A stretch of 64,000 nt of DNA. Source: a virus. The DNA lies in the IMG/VR virus record IMGVR_UViG_3300017917_002838, positions 1-64,000 of that record; one strand, written 5' to 3'. The notes below the pieces were generated by a model. That model was given only the letters and a program-made list of their open reading frames with translations. It had not been told where the DNA came from and made no database searches. The translations under genes and the position numbers were made by a program. Shown one piece after another: positions 1 to 10,356 of the stretch (position 1 is its first letter; the number at the start of each line of letters is the position of its first letter).

Positions 1-1
1 A

Positions 2-277
2 AGCAGTACCGTTATCTATATAAAGTACTTTTGCTTGTGTGTCTACATAAAGCAGTCCTTCTTTTGAAGATGCTGGCCGACTTGCGGTATTACCAAACTC
101 TACTGAGCTTCCAGCAATCCATTGTGAGCCATCATAAACCTTTAGTACGTTTTCTACAGTATTAAAATAAATCTGTCCTGCCACTGGTGAGGAAGGATCA
201 GATGCGTTGTTATGAATACGAGCATTAAGAAGTTCATTCTTATTTAAGTTAATACTCGTTGCAAATAATCTTGCCAT
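2..277 (-). CDS. Virion/tail-fibre-like protein, N-terminal part (runs off window)
   Basis: ATG at 277 after AGGAG; [37 protein letters not shown] resembles phage fibre repeats. Confidence 0.55.
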   Translation of the reverse strand, partial: MARLFATSINLNKNELLNARIHNNASDPSSPVAGQIYFNTVENVLKVYDGSQWIAGSSVEFGNTASRPASSKEGLLYVDTQAKVLYIDNGTA

Positions 278-288
278 TTATTATCTCC

Positions 289-720
289 TTATGACAGGTA
301 CGCTGTCCCTGAAAATGGTTGGGCCATTGTCAATGTTAAACTATTACTATTATTATACGTTATTCCGGTTTCTAATTCGTCTCCAGAACTGGCTTTAACA
401 GTCACATTTGGATTAAAACCCAAATCGTGATTTATAATTACTGAATATACTCCAGAAACTGGACCAGTGACCTGAGCCAGCTCCCAACTTATAACTGTTG
501 CTATTGGTTTATTTAAAATAAAGCTATCTGCTGTTGCCCAGCTATTGTTTAATGGTTTTGGGCCATAGAACCTTGTTGTATCTGTATCAAAATAGAAGTC
601 TCCTGGTACTCCAACTGTATTTACTGGAGCTCCAGATCCGCTTATAATCGTTCTACCGGGTGCTCCAGCAGACCTAACTACAACCTTCTGATCTATTTCA
701 TTAATGATTACTTGTGCCAT
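289..720 (-). CDS. Putative virion structural protein
   Basis: SGAP..G.PGDFYFDT and H.LG..P.V.V motifs common in tail-associated proteins. Confidence 0.5.
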   Translation of the reverse strand: MAQVIINEIDQKVVVRSAGAPGRTIISGSGAPVNTVGVPGDFYFDTDTTRFYGPKPLNNSWATADSFILNKPIATVISWELAQVTGPVSGVYSVIINHDLGFNPNVTVKASSGDELETGITYNNSNSLTLTMAQPFSGTAYLS

Positions 721-1064
721 TAAATTGTAACCGCCCTATTTAAAATTAAAAACCCTTCAAGAATCCTTGTCTTATTTCCAGTTAAATCTGTTATTACTAA
801 ATCATATGATGATTGTGGATAAAATAATTTATTTGTTCTAACATTTGAAAATGATATGGTCATTTTTCCAGTATTTCCCATAATATTAATTCCGTCATTA
901 TGAGTTAAAGTAAAAGCAAGTTTTTTTCCGCCCTTTTGATCTCTTACTTGTAATTTTGCTGTATATCCTGTTAAATCAATTGGAGTGTCGTCATCGTTCA
1001 AATACTCTACTTCAAATGCGAATGTAGAGTCTTGATCAATTTTAAAATTCTTGGTGGCTGCCAT
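720..1064 (-). CDS. Putative tail/baseplate (BppU-like) protein
   Basis: PIDLTGYTAKLQVR...YDL...RILEG signature. Confidence 0.55.
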   Translation of the reverse strand: MAATKNFKIDQDSTFAFEVEYLNDDDTPIDLTGYTAKLQVRDQKGGKKLAFTLTHNDGINIMGNTGKMTISFSNVRTNKLFYPQSSYDLVITDLTGNKTRILEGFLILNRAVTI

Positions 1065-1116
1065 AAAATAAAGTACTCCTATGCTTATTTTAGCATAGGA
1101 GCACTCTTAACGCTGT

Positions 1117-1353
1117 TTAAGCTTTGCGACCAAAAGCTGTATCTTTTGGATTTAATGCTCTCATAATTACTGGCAATGTTGCGGCAATTCCTGCATTGAG
1201 CATTGCCTTCCAGTCCTGATTTCCGGACATATAAACTGCAATAGCTGCTGCTAGAAAAGATCTTCCATAGCTAGCTAGTGCTGCTAGAAGCTGTTCCTTC
1301 ATATCTACTTTTCCATCCTTATTGAGGTCTTTATTCAATATAATCATCTCCAA
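1117..1353 (-). CDS. Putative holin
   Basis: Small, two hydrophobic segments, SYGRSF..LNPKD.AFG tail; start uncertain. Confidence 0.55.
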   Translation of the reverse strand: MEMIILNKDLNKDGKVDMKEQLLAALASYGRSFLAAAIAVYMSGNQDWKAMLNAGIAATLPVIMRALNPKDTAFGRKA

Positions 1354-1423
1354 CTGAGCCCTATGCTCAGGAATTAGGGAATTACCCCAAATTTATTTTA
1401 TCATTTATTTATAAATATAACAA

Positions 1424-2329
1424 TTAGTTGATTAATAATTGAGAAGAAATCCAATCTTCTAGCCGTATCGTTGGGTTATATCCAAAAATAGATTTGGCCT
1501 TATCTATACTCGCAAGTGTCTCTCTGGCTTCTCCAATTCTAGGAGGAATATTGATAGTATTTTGTGAAATATAGCTTGCTATCTCATTAATAGAATAATT
1601 TTTACCAGTTCCTATATTAAATACTGTTCCCAAAAGATCTTTTTCTAAATCTTTAGTTGCTGCTAAAATATTTGCATTAACAGCATCTATCACATTTGTG
1701 AAATCTCTTTTTTGATTTCCATCACCAACAATTGTAAGTTGTTTTCCTTCTTTAAACTGTTTAATAAACAATCCTACTACTGGAGCATATATTCCCTTTA
1801 AAGGATGTCTATTACCGTATACGTTAAAATATCTTAAACAAACTGTTTCCAATCCATATGTTTTTGAATATGTTTTGCAAAGTTTCTCTCCGGTTGTTTT
1901 TGTAACAGAATAAACATTTAAACAATCATCATTTTGTGTTTCAATGTTCGGAATTGTATTCATTCCATAGGCAGATGAAGTAGATGAATATACAACTCTT
2001 TTAACTCCGGCTTCTTTAGAACACTGTAGAACTGTTCCTGTTCCAACTGCATTTACGCTAATTGTTTCAAGAGGGTTGTCTATGGCTATTTGAATTCTTG
2101 AATGTGCAGCAATATGAAATACATAATCCACCCCATTGTATAAAGGTCTTGTATTTTCATAATCTCTAATATCTAATTTGTAATTATTTGCTTTTTCATT
2201 CCAATAAAATTTTTCATTGGATATGGCAGACTCATTATCTATGCATACAACTTCATGACCTAGCTCTATTAACTTATCAACTAAATTAGAGCCAATAAAT
2301 CCTGCACCACCAGTTACTAATGATTTCAT
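1424..2329 (-). CDS. NAD-dependent nucleotide-sugar epimerase/dehydratase
   Basis: TGGAGFIG, YxxxK (YSVTK), LRYFNVYG, RDFT. Confidence 0.92.
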   Translation of the reverse strand: MKSLVTGGAGFIGSNLVDKLIELGHEVVCIDNESAISNEKFYWNEKANNYKLDIRDYENTRPLYNGVDYVFHIAAHSRIQIAIDNPLETISVNAVGTGTVLQCSKEAGVKRVVYSSTSSAYGMNTIPNIETQNDDCLNVYSVTKTTGEKLCKTYSKTYGLETVCLRYFNVYGNRHPLKGIYAPVVGLFIKQFKEGKQLTIVGDGNQKRDFTNVIDAVNANILAATKDLEKDLLGTVFNIGTGKNYSINEIASYISQNTINIPPRIGEARETLASIDKAKSIFGYNPTIRLEDWISSQLLIN

Positions 2330-2333
2330 AAAA

Positions 2334-3431
2334 CTATTCTACCATTTTAATTGCTTTTTGTGCAGCATTAAGTCCTTGCATAACTGCCTGATCTGTATCA
2401 ATATAAACATAGTTTGCTAGTCTGCCAGCAGTTATTGCATTTGGATATTCTTTAATAAGATCTTGTTTTAATTGATTTGCCATTTTTCTATTAATTCCAT
2501 CTGCATCATCTATTGGATAATGTTTGTCTTTGGCTCCTGGATATTCGTGTGTAACAATTGTTCCAAGAATTTGATCTCTTTGTCCAGACATCCATTTTGT
2601 TTCTGTGCGCCTTGTATATTCTTTATCTAATCCTGGATGATTTATTGTTGCGTGTGGAAGACTTACTCCAAGAACATTAGGAATATACTGATGTTCTACT
2701 CTGACACCACGCCATGGTAGCTGATCCCTTAACATAAAATCATCTAATGCGGCAGTTACAATTACAGCATCATATTTATTCCATTCAACTGTATTAACGT
2801 CATCAGTTTTACCCATCCATATTTCCATTGGATAAGATGTTAACATATTATCAATTATTTTTGTCCAGCCACCTTTTGGCCAAGCTTGCCACTTATCTCT
2901 AAACAATGCAGTGTATCCGTCTGTCCTAAAATCTATTCTTTTAGGGGCAAATGATGCTGATAAATTTTTTGGATCTGTTCCCCACTGTTTTTGTGTATAA
3001 GGTAGTATAAACCATTCATATAATGTTTTGCCCATTATAGAAATTGCATATGTTTCAAAATTGGTGGAATCTGGATTAGCTGGAAGACTTGCCAATTCTT
3101 TTTCAATTATTGTCCATTCTGGTAATTGTTTTAACTCATCTATTTGTGGTGGCCATGACATTATTCCTGGAGGGACTTGAGTTTTTGTATGATGTATATA
3201 TGGAAGCCAGTCTCCAAACTTTTGTACTGTTTCAATTACTTCATCATTATTTGTATGGTTAATATGAATAGCATTTTGTTCATAAAGTATACCAGCAAAC
3301 TCTGCGGTTCTTACATGGCCACCAACATAATTTTTTGACTCATGAACTGTAACGTTCCAGCCATTATCTGCTAATTTCCATGCTGCCGTTGATCCTGTTA
3401 AACCAGAACCTATAATTAATGCTTTTTTCAT
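2334..3431 (-). CDS. glf: UDP-galactopyranose mutase
   Basis: GSGLTG FAD motif, H-x-x-HT, YT.KQWG, GRLANY.Y.D.DQ. Confidence 0.82.
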   Translation of the reverse strand: MKKALIIGSGLTGSTAAWKLADNGWNVTVHESKNYVGGHVRTAEFAGILYEQNAIHINHTNNDEVIETVQKFGDWLPYIHHTKTQVPPGIMSWPPQIDELKQLPEWTIIEKELASLPANPDSTNFETYAISIMGKTLYEWFILPYTQKQWGTDPKNLSASFAPKRIDFRTDGYTALFRDKWQAWPKGGWTKIIDNMLTSYPMEIWMGKTDDVNTVEWNKYDAVIVTAALDDFMLRDQLPWRGVRVEHQYIPNVLGVSLPHATINHPGLDKEYTRRTETKWMSGQRDQILGTIVTHEYPGAKDKHYPIDDADGINRKMANQLKQDLIKEYPNAITAGRLANYVYIDTDQAVMQGLNAAQKAIKMVE

Positions 3432-4222
3432 TTAAATGTTTTTATCCTTGACATATCGGATAATTCAAATTTAAACTCAACGATGTCCCAAAGTTTTTCT
3501 TTGTTTTGTTTTATTAAAAAATGTATTTCTGCAAGCTCTTCTTCTGTCAGTTGTTGAAATGGTTTATATCCGCCTAATCCAACCAACTGCTCTCTTCTTG
3601 TTCCTTTATCGGTAAAATGAAAAGGATTATATGAATAATCTATTACTTTATCTAGAGGATTTTGATCAAAATATTTATTTAAATATTTTTCTGTAATAAA
3701 TTTTGGAACATAATTTATTTCTTTATCTTTTTGTATCCATGGCAGAGTGGCCTCACAACATTTAATTACCTCTTCTTTACTTCCACCAAATATGCAAACA
3801 ATTGACCAGAAAGATTCCTCTCTTACTTTAAAGTAAGCTCCAGAATCTTCATTTTCTTCAAACCACTGAGAAATATGTCTAGCAGAAACTAGTTTGCCCT
3901 CTAATGTATCATTATCAAATTTCATATTTATATTGGTATCTGCATCAAACCAATAGAAGTTATCGAACTCTAAATTTTTTAATTCTAAAACTGAATAAAT
4001 TCTTGAAATATCTGCCTCATGCCAATCTTTACTTTCAGTATAATGAAATACTGTTTTATATTTAGACTGATCTAAATACTCTGATGGATCTTTTTCTGAA
4101 TAAAAATGAAATTCAATATCCCAGTCTCCAATATATAGGTGAGTAAATCTATTTATAAATCTAACACCCAATAGAAAGTAAGAGTTTGTAGCAGTTACTG
4201 AAATTATAGTTTTCTTTTTCAT
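3428..4222 (-). CDS. Glycosyltransferase, GT6-like
   Basis: AT.SY, DAD, FGG and E.YLNKYF resemble GT6 motifs. Confidence 0.6.
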   Translation of the reverse strand: MKKKTIISVTATNSYFLLGVRFINRFTHLYIGDWDIEFHFYSEKDPSEYLDQSKYKTVFHYTESKDWHEADISRIYSVLELKNLEFDNFYWFDADTNINMKFDNDTLEGKLVSARHISQWFEENEDSGAYFKVREESFWSIVCIFGGSKEEVIKCCEATLPWIQKDKEINYVPKFITEKYLNKYFDQNPLDKVIDYSYNPFHFTDKGTRREQLVGLGGYKPFQQLTEEELAEIHFLIKQNKEKLWDIVEFKFELSDMSRIKTFK

Positions 4223-4228
4223 TTTATC

Positions 4229-6163
4229 CTATGCTGAGATATCTACTATTTCGCAATTGCCGTCTGATGTGCAAGCGAGTGTTTGTGTTCCAGATGTTCC
4301 GTCTTCTGTTTCGTAGAATGATAAATCTTCCCAACGAATTGAAGAAGGCATTTTTGCAAGAAGTTCTAGATATTCTGTTTCATTTACTTCTTGATATGGA
4401 GCTTGTTTATATGAATGGTCGGAATAAGGAAGAAACGAAATTCCAGAAACCTCATCAAAATACTTGTAGACCCATGCTCCTACTTCCATCCATTCATCTT
4501 CTTTTACAGAAACTGTAATTGATGGTTTGTGTTCACACCATGCTCTTTGATAAACAAGCCAGGTGTTTAGATGATCAATTGCAGTAAGATCATTTCTTAA
4601 TATCGCACCTTCTGGTGCTTTAACTGGAAATGAAAATACATAAGTATCATTTGGTTTCATGAAATCATCTTCACAAGGAATGCCAACTTCTTTTAGGAAT
4701 GTTGATAGTGGATCTTTTTTATCACCACGAACCGTACGAATATAATATTGTGAATGCCATGGATGCATTCCAGAAGATACCCCGACCAATTGGGACACTG
4801 TTCCAGAAGGTTTTACGCAAGTAATTGCTGCAGACTCTGGAATCCCAATTTTCCCGGCCTCTTCTGCGTTTGTTTCTCTTGCGTACTCACGCAAACGAGA
4901 TAAATATTTTTCTAACTCTTTAATGTCTTCTTTTCCAGACATAAACTTATGTCCAAACTGTCCAGTTAAGGAGACTCCAAGCAATCTTTCCTCTTCTGTA
5001 TTATCCTTCCAAATTTTACGAAGGTACTTAAAGTCTGTAAGAGTTGCTTGCCATGTTCCAAGGATGGTTGCCAACCTTACTTTTTCTGCAATTGATTCTT
5101 TAGTATCTTTTTCACGAATAACAACTTCTGAAAGATTGCAGAACTGATTTGGTCTAAGAATAATCTCAGAACAAGGGTTGGTTCCATACCAAATTTCTGG
5201 ATCACGCTTGCCATACTTTGATGCCTGCATTTGTGCAGCTTTTACGTTGTAAATTCCTCTTTCGCCAGATTTTGAATCGTATAGATTTTTCCATTCTGTT
5301 ATAAACTGTTCCATCTCTGGTTTACGAGCATATGCAACAGAATTATTTGAAAGAGCTCTTTGAGAGTTTGCTTCCCACCAATTGCCTGATTTTGCATGTG
5401 CCATTTCAATATCATTAATATTAGATAATGAAATCATTGCAGAACGACGAACTCCACCAACAACTACAATTTCACCAATCTTACACATAATATCGTGACA
5501 CTCAATTGGTTTTAAGTTTCTACCTGCAGCACCCTTAAACTTAGCAATTGTAAAATCAAAAAGATTTACTAAAGGTTGCGGGCCAGACGATCTTCCTCCC
5601 ATAGTTTTAAGACGTGCACCTGCTGGTCGAAGTTTTGAAACATCTATAGATGGAATTTGTCCGGTCCAAAGCAAAGCAAGAAGTTCTCTATAAGCTTTAG
5701 CCCAGCCCTGCTTAGAATCTTCTACAACAATAACTGTATTTGATTTTTCTAAAACTTCTGGAACGGCAGGTAGTTTATTAATGTATTTATATTCAACAGA
5801 AAATCCTACCCCTGTCCCACACATGAGAATGTACATTGTTTCATCAAAAGCACGTGGATGATCAACTGGAATAAAAGAACAATTATAACCTGCAATATTA
5901 TCTCGTTCTAATGCTGCTCCAGAAGTCATAACTGCTCTCATGGAAGGCATAACGTTTCTGTTATAAACAGCGTCTTTAATTTCTGCAAGTGTCTTTGGGT
6001 CTGGTGTATAGTTATGATTCTCAAGTAGATGAGATGTCATAAAATTAAAGTATCTATCTACAGTTTCTCCCCAGTTTTCTCTTCTATTTTCTTCTGGAAT
6101 CCAACGGGCATACCTAGATAGAGCAATAAAATTCTCATAAGCATTCTCAATATACTTCGACAT
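4229..6163 (-). CDS. nrdJ: Class II (AdoCbl-dependent) ribonucleotide reductase
   Basis: PSMR, GTNPCSE, CNLSE, TCVKPSGT, C-terminal Cys pair; no intein-sized insert. Confidence 0.92.
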   Translation of the reverse strand: MSKYIENAYENFIALSRYARWIPEENRRENWGETVDRYFNFMTSHLLENHNYTPDPKTLAEIKDAVYNRNVMPSMRAVMTSGAALERDNIAGYNCSFIPVDHPRAFDETMYILMCGTGVGFSVEYKYINKLPAVPEVLEKSNTVIVVEDSKQGWAKAYRELLALLWTGQIPSIDVSKLRPAGARLKTMGGRSSGPQPLVNLFDFTIAKFKGAAGRNLKPIECHDIMCKIGEIVVVGGVRRSAMISLSNINDIEMAHAKSGNWWEANSQRALSNNSVAYARKPEMEQFITEWKNLYDSKSGERGIYNVKAAQMQASKYGKRDPEIWYGTNPCSEIILRPNQFCNLSEVVIREKDTKESIAEKVRLATILGTWQATLTDFKYLRKIWKDNTEEERLLGVSLTGQFGHKFMSGKEDIKELEKYLSRLREYARETNAEEAGKIGIPESAAITCVKPSGTVSQLVGVSSGMHPWHSQYYIRTVRGDKKDPLSTFLKEVGIPCEDDFMKPNDTYVFSFPVKAPEGAILRNDLTAIDHLNTWLVYQRAWCEHKPSITVSVKEDEWMEVGAWVYKYFDEVSGISFLPYSDHSYKQAPYQEVNETEYLELLAKMPSSIRWEDLSFYETEDGTSGTQTLACTSDGNCEIVDISA

Positions 6164-6260
6164 AATATAAAACCTTTCTTGACCGAGTTTTTGTGTCGGC
6201 CTCCGCTAAAATTGTTGTAATCTTAAGTATAGTATTTTTTCTTTTTAAAAATACTATTTT

Positions 6261-7250
6261 TTAAAATTTTTCTTCAAGATGCTGTAAAGCATTCTTAGTC
6301 AACTGTAACCAGTTATAGTCTTTATGAACCTGTTCTGATTGAGAATAGTAGTAACCAGAATAAGCTTTAAAGTTCATTACTGAATCATACATTACTTCTT
6401 TCAATGCGTCAACATCTGGCTTAAAAACTTTTCCTGGATGTTCAAAAGGCCACGGGGAATCTATCAACCTAGACTTTACACTTAAAGGTCCTATAAAGTC
6501 TTTATAATGTGCCCAAGTTGAAGTAGATATTGTTGGCATTCCAGTTGCTAAAGCTTGTAGGGGTATAAATCCAAATCCTTCACCATAACTTGGATATATT
6601 AAAATATCATGCATATGATATAAAGTTATTAACTCATTTATTGCTAATTCGTCTTTTATAATTGTTATATTGTTATAAAGTTCATTTGGAAGACCTATAA
6701 TACTTCCATGATCATTATATATTCTAGTTGTATTTTCTTTATGACATTTAAGAGTTAAATGAAATTGTTCTTTATGTCCAAATAATTCAGTAAATGCATC
6801 TACTACCATTTGACCAGATTTTCTAGTAGCCGGTTCTCCTACATGTAAAAACTTAATTACTCCATCATTTCTTTGACCTCTTTTAACTGATTTCCATATT
6901 GGTTCTATTCCATGAGGATAAACATGTATTGGTGGCTTTACTTTATTTTCTTTATATACATTAGCAACCCAATCTGATGTTGTCCAAACTTCATCACATA
7001 AATTAAATTTTTCTTTCCAGCCTTTTCTAAGTTCGGTTGATTCCCAAGGAGTATATCCTATTTGATATTGATTACGATGTAATTTATATCCGTCTGGTTG
7101 TGTAAAATTTATTTGAAAATCTGCTTTAGGATCTGCATATCTTACATTATGTCCTAATTCATTTAAAGATTTTACTATATGTTGTCCTGCATATCCATAT
7201 CCAACTGCTGGGTTTAAATTAGCTTTTATAGAGTAGTAAGATATGTACAT
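6261..7250 (-). CDS. GT4-type (GT-B) glycosyltransferase
   Basis: PHG, RK, PS.GEGFG..PLQALATG.P. Confidence 0.85.
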   Translation of the reverse strand: MYISYYSIKANLNPAVGYGYAGQHIVKSLNELGHNVRYADPKADFQINFTQPDGYKLHRNQYQIGYTPWESTELRKGWKEKFNLCDEVWTTSDWVANVYKENKVKPPIHVYPHGIEPIWKSVKRGQRNDGVIKFLHVGEPATRKSGQMVVDAFTELFGHKEQFHLTLKCHKENTTRIYNDHGSIIGLPNELYNNITIIKDELAINELITLYHMHDILIYPSYGEGFGFIPLQALATGMPTISTSTWAHYKDFIGPLSVKSRLIDSPWPFEHPGKVFKPDVDALKEVMYDSVMNFKAYSGYYYSQSEQVHKDYNWLQLTKNALQHLEEKF

Positions 7251-7337
7251 TTGTCCTTTTTTCTAGTCAACCGGCTTGACAGAATTGTTTAAATTCTGTT
7301 AAGATTGTATTTACTGTCTCTAAAGGAGGTAATACCA

Positions 7338-7916
7338 ATGGAGAAAAGTTTGAAGCGTTTGTTGTTTGTTATTACACATTCTAGCATAACATTTTCGTTT
7401 TTGCTAGTTTCAGTAATGATAACATCAGCTGGCGCTAAAAGGGCTGAAGCACTTGTTGTTAAGCCTGTAGCAATTCAAACAGTTGCTGCATATAAAGCAG
7501 AAAGAATAAAATTTCTTGAAGGCGCTAAGAATCTAACAGATCTAGAACTTCTTGAAGTTTTGACCCTAGCAGGTTTCGAAGGAAAAAAACTTCGTGTTGC
7601 TTGGGCTGTCGCTAAAGCAGAGTCTAATGGTAGACCAAGAGCCCATAATGGGAACAGAAAGACGGGGGACAACTCGTATGGCATATTTCAAGTAAATATG
7701 CTTGGGAATCTAGGTAAAATAAGAAGAGACAAGTTCGACCTAGCAAAAGATTCCAGCTTGTTTAATCCAATCAAAAATGCTAAAATAGCATATTATATGA
7801 CCGACAAGGGATCAGACTGGTCCGCTTGGTCAGCTTATGGAAATAAGAGATACAAGTATTTCTACAAAAAGTTTCCAAAAGTTTGTTTAAAAGTTAGTGG
7901 AGATTGGACAGTCTAA
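7338..7916 (+). CDS. Lytic transglycosylase (SLT-like) with N-terminal signal/anchor
   Basis: AES, SYGIFQVN, W.AW; AAAGGAGG RBS before ATG 7338. Confidence 0.8.
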   Translation: MEKSLKRLLFVITHSSITFSFLLVSVMITSAGAKRAEALVVKPVAIQTVAAYKAERIKFLEGAKNLTDLELLEVLTLAGFEGKKLRVAWAVAKAESNGRPRAHNGNRKTGDNSYGIFQVNMLGNLGKIRRDKFDLAKDSSLFNPIKNAKIAYYMTDKGSDWSAWSAYGNKRYKYFYKKFPKVCLKVSGDWTV

Positions 7917-8134
7917 TTAAAGTTCAAGTTCTAAACGCTTATAAAAAGTTAGCGGAGGAAAATATTGTTCCTCCGCTGCTTTGTCCTTCGGACCAAACTG
8001 ATTTATATCCAAATATAGACGAATCTGACAAGGTGTTTCTTTATTGTTTTTCTTGTACCTATAAAAATTATCTAGGCTTAGAAGCCTATTCTAAAATAGA
8101 AAAAGCTGTTATACAAAATAAAAATATTATATAA
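7904..8134 (+). CDS. Hypothetical Zn-binding protein
   Basis: CPxD...CxxC. Confidence 0.5.
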   Translation: MDSLIKVQVLNAYKKLAEENIVPPLLCPSDQTDLYPNIDESDKVFLYCFSCTYKNYLGLEAYSKIEKAVIQNKNII

Positions 8135-8200
8135 TTGGATTGATGGCACTTAAACAATTTGCCTATATATCTAAGGGGCATCCCCTTAAGAAAAGACGAC

Positions 8201-8434
8201 ATGACCGATTCCTCAACAACGCCAAATTCGGACGGGGTTCAAGAAGAAACTCTGGAAAACAACCTACCTCTAGTAACATACATAATGCTGCATAGAATTT
8301 ATGACCTTTTAGTTGTTATCGGAAAAAATTTAGTCAAGGATGACTCTTTAGACCGATTAATCTCTTATCATGAAAATGGATATTTATTGGGTCCGTCCCC
8401 TAGTTATTCTGAGGATCCTGATGCCAAAAAATAA
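8201..8434 (+). CDS. Hypothetical protein
   Basis: ORF in plus-strand operon; start inferred. Confidence 0.55.
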   Translation: MTDSSTTPNSDGVQEETLENNLPLVTYIMLHRIYDLLVVIGKNLVKDDSLDRLISYHENGYLLGPSPSYSEDPDAKK

Positions 8435-8540
8435 TGGTAAATGCGACCAAGAGGGAACTAGTACTATTGATGATTCAATTGACATGGTTTTAGACTCCGT
8501 TACTTCTTGACTTCAAAATTTACAATTGCTATAATAGTTT

Positions 8541-8611
8541 TAATATAAAGTCGAGCTATGCTCCTTTATGTTATCTAAAACCCCAGAGGAATCCGCCTCC
8601 TCTGGGGTTTT
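8541..8611 (+). ncRNA. Candidate two-hairpin small RNA
   Basis: TTGACT-N17-TATAAT (8507-8535), no ORF, ends in 14-bp hairpin with U tail. Confidence 0.55.
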
Positions 8612-8644
8612 CATATGGATCAATTTTAGAGTATAATAATATAT

Positions 8645-8920
8645 ATGATTAGACACCAAATAAAAGCTTTATCTACAACTATTCCTACAGAGTTAACCAT
8701 AGAAGATAATATAAATTCTGTATGTACTTTAGTGGTTCAAAATATAGACTCTACAAATTATATCTATATTGGAAACAGTTCTGTATCTTCTTCTGACTAT
8801 GGTTTTATGATTTATCCAAATCAAGCTTTTACGATTGAATTAAGACCAAATGATAGAATTTATGGTGTTGGTTCTGCAATAATTAATGCAGTTTGCATGT
8901 CTATAGAAAGATCAACATGA
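8645..8920 (+). CDS. Hypothetical (possible virion) protein
   Basis: VQN...IYIG..VS...YG beta-rich pattern. Confidence 0.55.
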   Translation: MIRHQIKALSTTIPTELTIEDNINSVCTLVVQNIDSTNYIYIGNSSVSSSDYGFMIYPNQAFTIELRPNDRIYGVGSAIINAVCMSIERST

Positions 8921-9552
8921 TTCAAAGTACAGTAGGTTTTACAAATCCACAGGTTACTGCGGCACCGCCTGCATACACAAGCACTGTAAAGCATTTAGTT
9001 AAAAGCGATTATAACGGTACAATCAATAAAGGTCAGGCAGTTTATGTAACTGGCTCTACTGGATTATCTGGAACCAACATGCTGGTAAATAGAGCAAGCA
9101 ATACTATAGAAATGACCTCATCTAAAACTATGGGTCTTCTTGAAACCAGTCTAAATAAGAACGGTATAGGTTATGTAATTACAGAAGGATTGCTTGAAGG
9201 ACTAGATACATCTGCAGCGGGTTCAGCAGGAGATCCAGTATGGCTAGGAGTAGACGGAAACCTGATATATGGATTAACAAATAAACCTGTAGCTCCAGCA
9301 CATTTAGTATTTATAGGAATAGTTACACGTAAGCAGCAAAATAACGGTGAAATCTTCGTTAAGGTTCAAAACGGATTTGAAATAGAAGAACTTCACAATG
9401 TTGTATTAACAGGCAAAACTGCTGGAGATACAATTGTATGGAACGGCGGAAACTGGATTAATAGAAATATAAATGGTGCTACTGGATCTTTTACATCTGC
9501 TGATGGCAAAACAGTTACGGTTACAAACGGAATTATAACCAATATTATCTGA
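8917..9552 (+). CDS. Virion/tail-fibre-like protein
   Basis: KGQAVY..G, GEIFVKVQNGFEIEELHNV, DGKTVTVTNGII motifs. Confidence 0.55.
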   Translation: MIQSTVGFTNPQVTAAPPAYTSTVKHLVKSDYNGTINKGQAVYVTGSTGLSGTNMLVNRASNTIEMTSSKTMGLLETSLNKNGIGYVITEGLLEGLDTSAAGSAGDPVWLGVDGNLIYGLTNKPVAPAHLVFIGIVTRKQQNNGEIFVKVQNGFEIEELHNVVLTGKTAGDTIVWNGGNWINRNINGATGSFTSADGKTVTVTNGIITNII

Positions 9553-9624
9553 GCCCCCCAACAGAATCGAACTGTCAACCTACGCATTACAAGTGCGTTG
9601 CTCTACCTATTGAGCTAAGAGGGC
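9552..9624 (-). tRNA. tRNA-Thr(TGT)
   Basis: Cloverleaf, anticodon loop TTGTAAT context, GTTCGA T-loop; no encoded CCA; overlaps last 10 nt of GT25 gene. Confidence 0.9.
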
Positions 9625-10319
9625 GGGTTTAATTTCCACCATAAAAGTGTAATATTTCTAGAATAATGATCTAGTCCATGCAATGAATTTGGAATAGATG
9701 AATCAAACTGTGTGGTTGGAACAAATAATTGATAAGTATAAGCTTTATCAGTCCAATAAATAAAATCATCAAAAACAGATGGAATATAATATTTTCCATC
9801 AATATAATGTCTGTCTAAAAATTCTTTTGCATATTTTCTTGACATTACATAACATACTACAGACCAATCAAAATGATGTCTTTTTCTTAAATGAAATTCT
9901 GCTGGATAAAATTTTTCATGGCATACATAGAGTTGCATTATGTCAAAATCTTTAGGAAATTCGTTATAAAAATCGTTCCACGTTTTACCATTCCAAAGCG
10001 GAACAGTATCTAGACTAAAATCATCTTCTATAAAAATTCCATATTCTTTATCACTAGTTTCATACCATAGTTTTATAGCATTTATATGAGAAATAGAAGA
10101 TGAGTTGCTTACATTGGGAAATTTTCTTGGAGCTTGTAAATCATTTCCAGGTTTATCTATAAGCATGTCTGAAACATCAATTTGTCTACCATCAACTGCC
10201 GGAACTATAGTAAAATCAACACCGTACTTATTTAACTCATTAGAAATATATTCTCTACGATCAGAATGTCTTTCTAGGTTAATAACGTATACTGGGCCAA
10301 AGCCCTCTAATGGATTCAT
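9615..10319 (-). CDS. GT25-family glycosyltransferase
   Basis: YVINL...RR, AVDG, SH, EDD. Confidence 0.82.
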   Translation of the reverse strand: MNPLEGFGPVYVINLERHSDRREYISNELNKYGVDFTIVPAVDGRQIDVSDMLIDKPGNDLQAPRKFPNVSNSSSISHINAIKLWYETSDKEYGIFIEDDFSLDTVPLWNGKTWNDFYNEFPKDFDIMQLYVCHEKFYPAEFHLRKRHHFDWSVVCYVMSRKYAKEFLDRHYIDGKYYIPSVFDDFIYWTDKAYTYQLFVPTTQFDSSIPNSLHGLDHYSRNITLLWWKLNPPS

Positions 10320-10356
10320 AGATTGTTATTGTACTATAAAATGTTAGATTTGAAAA

